Shown here: piece after piece, positions 26,260 to 32,634 of the stretch
How the letters are laid out: each line of letters starts with the position of its first letter
Numbering within the stretch: position 1 is the first letter of the stretch
Origin: an uncultured Gammaproteobacteria bacterium
GTDB lineage: Bacteria; Patescibacteriota; Microgenomatia; UBA10105; UBA927
Direction of reading: 5' to 3'
DNA length: 58,278 nt
NCBI GenBank assembly: GCA_964449675.1
Contig: CAYVAR010000003.1
Location: 1 to 58,278, forward strand
The notes under the pieces: generated by a model
Told to the model about the DNA's origin: nothing
Database searches by the model: none
Seen by the model: the letters and a program-made list of their open reading frames with translations, nothing else
Translations under genes and position numbers: made by a program

Positions 26260-27159
26260 ATGTCCATTCAATCCCAAATTGCCTCAAATAAAACGAAAAC
26301 CTATATCATCATGTCAGTATTTGTTGTTTTCGTCGTGGTGGTTTCTTATGTACTTGGAGTTTCTTTAGGATACGGTAAAAGCTGGATGTACGCAGCTATT
26401 CTATTTTCAGTATTTTCAAGTTTAGCTAGTTATTATTGGGGTGATCAAATGGTACTCGCCATGAGCGGTGCAAGGCCAGCAGATCGAAAGCGAGATTTCG
26501 ATTTTTTTACTGTCGCAGAAAACCTCGCTATCGCCGCGGGGATTCCCAAGCCAAAACTGTACGTCATTGATGACAGTGCGATGAATGCATTTGCCACCGG
26601 CCGGGATCCGACGCATGCAGTGGTTTGTGCGACGACCGGGATAGTGGAGCGATTAGAGCGTCGAGAGCTTGAAGGAGTCATTGCGCATGAACTATCCCAT
26701 GTAAAAAATTTTGATACACGACTTATGGCGGTTGTCGCTATTTTAGTAGGAACTGTTGCTTTTTTAGGTGACATGTTTTTACGGAATTTGTGGTGGGGAG
26801 GAGGCAGAAGAAGTCGCGATGATGATCGGGGCATAGGACAAATTTTACTTCTCGTCGGCATAGTACTTGCGATCATTTCTCCGATTCTTGCTATGCTTAT
26901 ACAACTTTCTATATCGAGAAAACGTGAATTTTTAGCAGACGCATCAGGAGCAAACCTTACTCGTTATCCAGAGGGTCTCGCACGAGCACTTGAGAAACTC
27001 GGAAAAGATAAAGAAGTTCTTGAAGCGGCAACTAACGCGACAGCGCACCTTTATATAACCAACCCCTTCAAAGGAAAGCAATTTGCTGCCTGGTTTTCCA
27101 GTCTCTTCGACACCCATCCACCACTTATAGAACGGATAAAGATTCTCCGGGCGATGTAA
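26260..27159 (+). CDS. htpX: zinc metalloprotease HtpX (M48 family)
   Basis: HELSHVKN, a downstream EFLAD glutamate, four TM segments, and a THPPLIERI C-terminus. Confidence 0.9.
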   Translation: MSIQSQIASNKTKTYIIMSVFVVFVVVVSYVLGVSLGYGKSWMYAAILFSVFSSLASYYWGDQMVLAMSGARPADRKRDFDFFTVAENLAIAAGIPKPKLYVIDDSAMNAFATGRDPTHAVVCATTGIVERLERRELEGVIAHELSHVKNFDTRLMAVVAILVGTVAFLGDMFLRNLWWGGGRRSRDDDRGIGQILLLVGIVLAIISPILAMLIQLSISRKREFLADASGANLTRYPEGLARALEKLGKDKEVLEAATNATAHLYITNPFKGKQFAAWFSSLFDTHPPLIERIKILRAM

Positions 27160-27162
27160 GGG

Positions 27163-27236
27163 GTCAATTTTCTTGCGGCCGCAGAAAAATTGACTCCGAT
27201 TGACAACAATAAAGCGGCCGCTTTATTGTTGTCAAT
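27163..27236. repeat. two adjacent palindromes, each centred on GCGGCCGC, between htpX and murT
   Basis: GTCAATTTTCTTGCGGCCGCAGAAAAATTGAC (imperfect) is followed by ATTGACAACAATAAAGCGGCCGCTTTATTGTTGTCAAT, a perfect 38-nt palindrome at 27199-27236. Its last two nt are the A and T of the murT ATG. Confidence 0.85.
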
Positions 27237-28686
27237 GCATTTATTAAATCTTCTTATTGTTTGGGCAGGAAAGTCGGCATCGCGAATAAGTCGTATTTTC
27301 AGAATCGGCTCTGGGGCAACGTGGCCGGGGGAGATAGCGCTTCGACTTCGTCCCGATATCCTTTCTTTATTATTCTCTCAACTTCGCAAAGGCGTCATCA
27401 TAATCGCCGGAACCAATGGAAAAACGACGACGGCGCTTATGGTTAAAAAAATAGCAGAAGCGCAAGGAATGTCTGTCATTCACAACGATAGTGGAGCAAA
27501 TCTTGACAACGGTATCATTTCTGCATTTATTAAACATGCATCATGGGGTGGAACGATTCGAGCTGATTGGGGAGTTTTTGAAGTCGATGAAAATATATTG
27601 CCACAAATAGTAGCGCAGCTCAAAACTCAAAACTCGAGGCTCAAAACCACAACGAAAAACGTAAAACTTATTATCGTTTTACTTAATTTATTTCGTGATC
27701 AGTTGGATCGGTATGGGGAAGTGGATGTGATTGCGGAGAAGTGGGAGAAGGCGCTTCGGCTGCGCTCAGGGCAAGCGCTTGAGCATAAAAACACAACATT
27801 GATTCTCAATGCAGACGATCCGCTTGTGGCACATCTTGGAGTAGCCAGTAAGCTTCCAGTTACATATTTTGGAGTCAATGACAAAACGCAATATCTGTCA
27901 AAAATGGAGCATGCCACTGATTCTATCTTTTGTCTCAATTGTGGCGGACGACTTTCGTATGAAGGGATCTATTATTCTCATATAGGAATCTGGTACTGCA
28001 CCACATGTAAAGAAAAAAGACCCATCCCTGATGTTTCTGATTGGAAATCACCGCTACCTGGCTTGTATAACCAGTACAATACTCTTGCAGCAGTAATCGT
28101 GGCAAAGGCATTGCACATTAAAGATAAAGATATTGAAGCTTCACTTACGACGTTTCGACCGGCGTTTGGGAGGCAGGAAGAATTTACCGTGAATGGTAAA
28201 ACGATAAAGATTTTTCTTTCAAAAAATCCAGCAGGATTTAATCAATCTCTGAAAACCGTATTAGCATTAGGCGCGACACAACTACTGTTCGTACTCAATG
28301 ATCGTATACCCGATGGCCGTGACGTCTCATGGATTTGGGATGTGGATTTTGAGCTCCTTAAGGAGGATAAACGCGTGATTGAAGAACCTTTCGGCTACGC
28401 ACAGGGCAGGCATGATGAACACGTGAAGAAAAAATATAAAAAGGGGGAGAAGATCGGGCGTTATACGATGAGAATTTCTGTAAGCGGGGAGCGATGTTAT
28501 GATTTGGCTGTGAGGCTTAAATATGCTGATATACCACTGCAGGAATCACAAGTTTTTGAAAATCTTGAGAAAGCAGTGAGGCAAAGTCTCGAACAAGAGC
28601 ATACTGGCGAAACACTATATATTTTACCAACATACTCAGCTATGTTAGAAACAAGAAAGATATTAACCGGTAAGAAAATCTTGTAG
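27235..28686 (+). CDS. murT: lipid II isoglutaminyl synthase subunit MurT (Mur ligase family)
   Basis: LIVWAGK...IIIAGTNGKTTT (P-loop), NLFRDQLDRYGE, Cys4 ribbon CLNCGG...CTTC, and a C-terminal DUF1727-like region (SWIWDVDFE). Followed by gatD. The start at MHLLNL is preferred. Confidence 0.85.
   Translation: MHLLNLLIVWAGKSASRISRIFRIGSGATWPGEIALRLRPDILSLLFSQLRKGVIIIAGTNGKTTTALMVKKIAEAQGMSVIHNDSGANLDNGIISAFIKHASWGGTIRADWGVFEVDENILPQIVAQLKTQNSRLKTTTKNVKLIIVLLNLFRDQLDRYGEVDVIAEKWEKALRLRSGQALEHKNTTLILNADDPLVAHLGVASKLPVTYFGVNDKTQYLSKMEHATDSIFCLNCGGRLSYEGIYYSHIGIWYCTTCKEKRPIPDVSDWKSPLPGLYNQYNTLAAVIVAKALHIKDKDIEASLTTFRPAFGRQEEFTVNGKTIKIFLSKNPAGFNQSLKTVLALGATQLLFVLNDRIPDGRDVSWIWDVDFELLKEDKRVIEEPFGYAQGRHDEHVKKKYKKGEKIGRYTMRISVSGERCYDLAVRLKYADIPLQESQVFENLEKAVRQSLEQEHTGETLYILPTYSAMLETRKILTGKKIL
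27618..27669 (+). repeat. AT-rich periodic element in-frame inside murT (QLKTQNSRLKTTTKNVKL)
   Basis: GCTCAAAACTCAAAACTCGAGGCTCAAAACCACAACGAAAAACGTAAAACTT shares CTCAAAACTCAAA and AACGAAAAA with the spacer element at 26154. Confidence 0.55.
27751..27778 (+). repeat. GC-rich hairpin module in-frame in murT (ALRLRSGQALE)
   Basis: GCGCTT-cggctgcgctcagggc-AAGCGC. A second GC-rich patch at 28387-28415 encodes PFGYAQGRH. Confidence 0.5.
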
Positions 28687-28704
28687 ATAAAGGCTCATCG
28701 AGTA

Positions 28705-28744
28705 AATCCTACAAAATCATGCTCGAGCATGATTTTGTAGGATT
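28705..28744. repeat. perfect 40-nt palindrome centred on CTCGAG between murT and gatD
   Basis: AATCCTACAAAATCATGCTC|GAGCATGATTTTGTAGGATT, ending 10 nt before the gatD ATG. Confidence 0.9.
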
Positions 28745-28754
28745 AATATAGCTT

Positions 28755-29582
28755 ATGAAATATTCGTTACAAATCGGTTGGATGTACCCAGACTTAATGT
28801 CCACATACGGAGATCGGGGGAATATCATCGTGTTGACCAAGCGTTGCCAGTGGCGTGATATAGAGGTAAACGTTGAGGAAATTACTCTCGAAACTCCAAC
28901 CTCGAAACTCGAAACTTGTGATCTTATCTTCATGGGTGGCGCGCAGGATCGGCAGCAGAAACTAGCGGGAGAAGATTTTCTCAAACGAAAAGGTCCGGTG
29001 GTGAAAGAGATGGTTGAAAAAGGCATTCCGGCGCTTTTTGTCTGCGCAGCCTATCAATTCGTCGGCCATTACTACAAACCATATCAAGGAGATCCGATTC
29101 CGGGCGCCGGGATTTTTGATCTCTATACGGAGCATCCTGGTGACCAAGCCAAGCGCTTGATCGGAAATGTAGTTGCGGAGCTCATCTCTCCGTTGTCATC
29201 GCGAGACCCCGCTAAGCGGGGCGACGCGATCCCACTTGGTGAGATTGCTTCGTCGTCCGCCAACAGGCGGATTCCTCGCAATGACAACACGATTGTTGGG
29301 TTTGAAAATCACGGAGGACGGACGTATTTGGGTCCAAAAATGAAGCCATTCGCCCGCGTCAAACGCGGTTATGGAAACAATGGAGAAGATGGCTATGAGG
29401 GAGCCGTCTATAAAAACGCAATCGGCAGCTATTTCCACGGCCCCCTCCTTCCAAAAAATCCTCACATCGCCGATTGGCTTATTAAAACAGCACTTAGGAA
29501 AAAATATCAGGAGAATTTTACACTTAAAAACTTGGATGATGAACTAGAAATCAATGCTCATGAATTTATACGGAAAAAATAA
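28755..29582 (+). CDS. gatD: lipid II isoglutaminyl synthase glutaminase subunit GatD (CobB/CobQ-type GATase)
   Basis: LMSTYGDRGNIIVL, the catalytic Cys context FVCAAYQ, and HGGRTYLG / YFHGPLLPKNP. Immediately downstream of murT. Confidence 0.85.
   Translation: MKYSLQIGWMYPDLMSTYGDRGNIIVLTKRCQWRDIEVNVEEITLETPTSKLETCDLIFMGGAQDRQQKLAGEDFLKRKGPVVKEMVEKGIPALFVCAAYQFVGHYYKPYQGDPIPGAGIFDLYTEHPGDQAKRLIGNVVAELISPLSSRDPAKRGDAIPLGEIASSSANRRIPRNDNTIVGFENHGGRTYLGPKMKPFARVKRGYGNNGEDGYEGAVYKNAIGSYFHGPLLPKNPHIADWLIKTALRKKYQENFTLKNLDDELEINAHEFIRKK
29195..29285 (+). repeat. ~90-nt GTCAT...ATGAC palindromic element in-frame inside gatD
   Basis: Terminal inverted repeat GTCATCGCGAG / CTCGCAATGAC. Inner hairpins are CCCCGC-taa-GCGGGG and CGCC-aaca-GGCG. 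It encodes SSRDPAKRGDAIPLGEIASSSANRRIPRND. Confidence 0.7.
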
Positions 29583-29593
29583 TTAAAAAGAAC

Positions 29594-29665
29594 AGGTGCG
29601 AACATATTTCACCCGGAGGGTGAAGAAAGGGTGAAGAACCGGAGAGTGAAGAAAGGGTGAAAAAC
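29594..29665 (+). repeat. REP-like element, copy C (plus), 24 nt upstream of the HAD gene
   Basis: AGGTGCGAACATATTTCACCCGGAGGGTGAAGAAAGGGTGAAGAACCGGAGAGTGAAGAAAGGGTGAAAAAC. The head is 29/31 identical to copy A. The tail has four GTGAAGAA-type repeats. Confidence 0.8.
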
Positions 29666-29688
29666 TTGATGAAAAATTTCTGAAATCT

Positions 29689-30297
29689 ATGAAGTCAATC
29701 AAATTCATATATTTTGATGTTGGTAGTGTGCTATTAGACAATGATATTGCAATGCAAAAGCTTGCAGTTCATGTAAACCACCAATATGAAGAAATTAGGA
29801 ATTTTTTCGACTCTCATTGTGAAAAAGCTAATCGTGGAGAAATAACTACGAAACAATATATGAATTTGTTTCATGCTGTATTTGATTATTTTCATCCCAC
29901 TGGGGATCTTGCTGATATTTGGACGGATTTTCAGGAGCCTATCGCTCCGATGCATAAACTTGTGGGAGAAGTACATAAAGAGTATCGGGTAGGAATCTTT
30001 TCAAACGCTGAGCTCGGAATAATGGACCTAGAAATGAGAAAAGGACTTGTTCCATCGATTGACTGGAATGCGATTATTGTGTCTGCAGATCATAAAATTA
30101 TCAAACCCGAAAAAAAGATATATGAAATCGCCCAAAAAGCTTCTGGGGTGTCGCACAAGGAAATATTATTTGTAGATGATAGAGAAGAAAATGTTCGAGT
30201 GGCTCAAATGTTCGGCTGGAAGGGTGTTGTTTTTGATCCATTGCGACCGAAAAAATCGATTAAAGAAATAAAAAAAATATTAGCTTCAAATAAATAA
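29689..30297 (+). CDS. HAD-superfamily hydrolase (subfamily IA-like)
   Basis: IYFDVGSVL (DxG/DxD-type motif I variant), GIFSNA (motif II), and K...LFVDDREENV (motifs III/IV). Confidence 0.8.
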   Translation: MKSIKFIYFDVGSVLLDNDIAMQKLAVHVNHQYEEIRNFFDSHCEKANRGEITTKQYMNLFHAVFDYFHPTGDLADIWTDFQEPIAPMHKLVGEVHKEYRVGIFSNAELGIMDLEMRKGLVPSIDWNAIIVSADHKIIKPEKKIYEIAQKASGVSHKEILFVDDREENVRVAQMFGWKGVVFDPLRPKKSIKEIKKILASNK

Positions 30298-30361
30298 TAG
30301 TGAATGCATATATCTACCAAACACCCGATGTGTGAAGTCATTGAAGGTTAAGGGAAAGAAT

Positions 30362-30410
30362 AGGTGCGAAAGTAGAACACCCGGAGGGTGAGGTTTGATG
30401 AGGTTTGATT
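30362..30410 (+). repeat. REP-like element, copy D (plus), downstream of the HAD gene
   Basis: AGGTGCGAAAGTAGAACACCCGGAGGGTGAGGTTTGATGAGGTTTGATT. Tail TGAGGTTTGA is duplicated. A degenerate partial copy may lie at 30321-30360. Confidence 0.75.
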
Positions 30411-30411
30411 T

Positions 30412-30768
30412 TCAAGGTATCTCTCCGTTAAAATCTTCAGATGTGGCTAAACGTAAACCATTAAAGTTTCTACAATTCGGTAGAAGGTTTCGAAAACCAT
30501 AGATTTCAGAGTCTGACATTGGTACACTGTTGCAAACACGGCATTTTACTGTCATCAATCTATCTTCATATGTGAACGTTTTAAAACCTTCCCATCCCAT
30601 CTCTGGGTTATATTTAACAGAGAACGTTATGCCACCTGGGGTCGATCCTAACAATATAAGTTCATCATTGTCGCCATGATATACAAAAGGACGATTGGCC
30701 TTAAGACCATCTATAATAGGTTCTTGAGGTATAAGATCACGCAATATTAGAGGTCTTTCTTCAAGCAT
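30412..30768 (-). CDS. hypothetical protein
   Basis: 118 aa from the ATG at 30768 (the track start is a TTG at 30783). No recognisable motif. Confidence 0.45.
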   Translation of the reverse strand: MLEERPLILRDLIPQEPIIDGLKANRPFVYHGDNDELILLGSTPGGITFSVKYNPEMGWEGFKTFTYEDRLMTVKCRVCNSVPMSDSEIYGFRNLLPNCRNFNGLRLATSEDFNGEIP

Positions 30769-30900
30769 AATTTTTCGTAACAAGAAGATCTTATAGCATT
30801 GAAGTGATAAGTTTAGGCCGTAACTACGATAAAATCAAGTAATATCATATATTTCATGGGATTTCGTAGAAAACTCATTTGATTTATAATAACCGTACAT

Positions 30901-31197
30901 ATGAATGAGAAGTCACTTTCAGTCAAGCAAGTCAGTCATATAACCCAACTCGCTCACTTACCAATCAACGAAAAAGATATGAGTATATTGGCATCCGAAT
31001 TGAAGAAGATTTTGGATTTGGTCAATACTCTTCAGAATGTCGATACACATGACGTGGAGCCGACGAGCCAAGTGACCGGACTTAGTAATGTTTTTCGAGA
31101 AGATAAAGTAACCGCCTCACTAAGCCAAGAAGAAGCGCTTTCAAATGCAAAAGCAACGCACAAAGGATTTTTTGTCGTGCCTGCGATATTTGAATAA
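30901..31197 (+). CDS. gatC: Asp/Glu-tRNA(Asn/Gln) amidotransferase subunit C
   Basis: VSHITQLAHLPINEKDMSILASELKKILDLVNTLQNVDT..VEPTSQV is canonical GatC. Followed by gatA and gatB. Confidence 0.9.
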   Translation: MNEKSLSVKQVSHITQLAHLPINEKDMSILASELKKILDLVNTLQNVDTHDVEPTSQVTGLSNVFREDKVTASLSQEEALSNAKATHKGFFVVPAIFE

Positions 31198-31198
31198 T

Positions 31199-32590
31199 AT
31201 GCTCTTAGATAAATCAATTAAAGAATTAGCCAGCTATACATCTGTTGAAATTGTCGGTGAGTGTTTAAAAAATATTGAGTGTTTCAATCCTACTCTTAAC
31301 GCACTAATCACGGTCGTTGGCAAAGAGCAAGCATTGGCTACTGCCCGGAAGGCGGATAAAACTAAGCGCCCAAAAAGCTCACCCCTTCACGGACTACCCT
31401 TTGTCATAAAAGATTCATATAACACAAAAGGAATACCCACCACCGCAGCATCAAATGTACTCAAAGGCTACGTGCCTCTATATAACGCAACAGTGTACAA
31501 AAAACTTATTGATGCAGGTGCGATACTTTTGGGTAAATGTAATATGGATGCCTGGGGCCATGGGGCAACGAGCGAAAACACAGATTTTGGTCCGGTCAAA
31601 AATCCTTGGGATATATCTAGGAGTGCCGGAGGTTCAAGTGGTGGGGTTTCCGCTGCTTTGGCCTCTGGTATGGCAGTATTTGGCATTGGAGAAGATACAG
31701 GCGGATCAATTAGAAATCCTACTGCCTGGTGCAATATTACAGGACTTAAGGTTACCTATGGCCGTGTATCGCGCTACGGTTGCATCGCCTATGCTTCGTC
31801 ATTTGATACCGTCGGTCCAATGGGAAAAAGTGTTTCAGATTGTGCCGTAGTACTTGAAGTAATCGCAGGTATTGATGAACACGATGCAACCAGTTCTCCT
31901 CAACCTGTGCCTCATTACACGAGCTCACTTAATAAAGGGGTAGAAAATAAGGTAGTTGGTATTCCTAAAGAACTCTTGGGTACTGGTCTTGATAAAGAAA
32001 TAAAAGCTGCTATTGAAGCGGCAATGAAAGAGTTAGAACGACTTGGTATAAAGACGAGAGAAATATCAATGCCGATGATTAATTTCGGATTGCCGGTCTA
32101 TTACTTAATCGCACCGAGTGAGACCAGTTCTAATCTTGCTCGTTACGACGGGATTCGTTTTGGACAAGGTCGGGAACATTTTACCAAAGATACGATGCGC
32201 CGGATTATGATCGGTACGTATGCGTTGTCTGCCGGATACTACGATGCCTATTACAAAAAAGCTCAACAGGGAAGAACATTATTTATTAAGGAGTATGGGA
32301 AAGCATTGGGAAAATGTGACGTACTGCTCATGCCGGTTACACCAACGCCTCCAACGAAATTGGGCCAAACCAGTCAAGATCCTATTCAAAACTTTTTGAT
32401 TGATGCCTACACAGTGACCCAAAATCCAGTTGGTGTGCCATCTTTAGCACTCCCGTGTGGTTTTACAAAAAATGGACTGCCCATAGGCATGCAACTCGTT
32501 GGAAAAATGTTTTCTGAGTCTCTATTGTTTCAATTAGGAGACGCGTATCAACAATCGACACAATGGCATAGGAGAAAACCAAGAATGTAA
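31199..32590 (+). CDS. gatA: Asp/Glu-tRNA(Asn/Gln) amidotransferase subunit A (amidase signature)
   Basis: The amidase signature GGSSGGVSAALASG...GEDTGGSIRNP. The start at MLLDKSIKEL (31199) is preferred over the track start at 31145. Confidence 0.95.
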   Translation: MLLDKSIKELASYTSVEIVGECLKNIECFNPTLNALITVVGKEQALATARKADKTKRPKSSPLHGLPFVIKDSYNTKGIPTTAASNVLKGYVPLYNATVYKKLIDAGAILLGKCNMDAWGHGATSENTDFGPVKNPWDISRSAGGSSGGVSAALASGMAVFGIGEDTGGSIRNPTAWCNITGLKVTYGRVSRYGCIAYASSFDTVGPMGKSVSDCAVVLEVIAGIDEHDATSSPQPVPHYTSSLNKGVENKVVGIPKELLGTGLDKEIKAAIEAAMKELERLGIKTREISMPMINFGLPVYYLIAPSETSSNLARYDGIRFGQGREHFTKDTMRRIMIGTYALSAGYYDAYYKKAQQGRTLFIKEYGKALGKCDVLLMPVTPTPPTKLGQTSQDPIQNFLIDAYTVTQNPVGVPSLALPCGFTKNGLPIGMQLVGKMFSESLLFQLGDAYQQSTQWHRRKPRM

Positions 32591-32634
32591 GGATTGCGAT
32601 AGGGATCAACCCTATAAAGCAGGATTGATCCATC

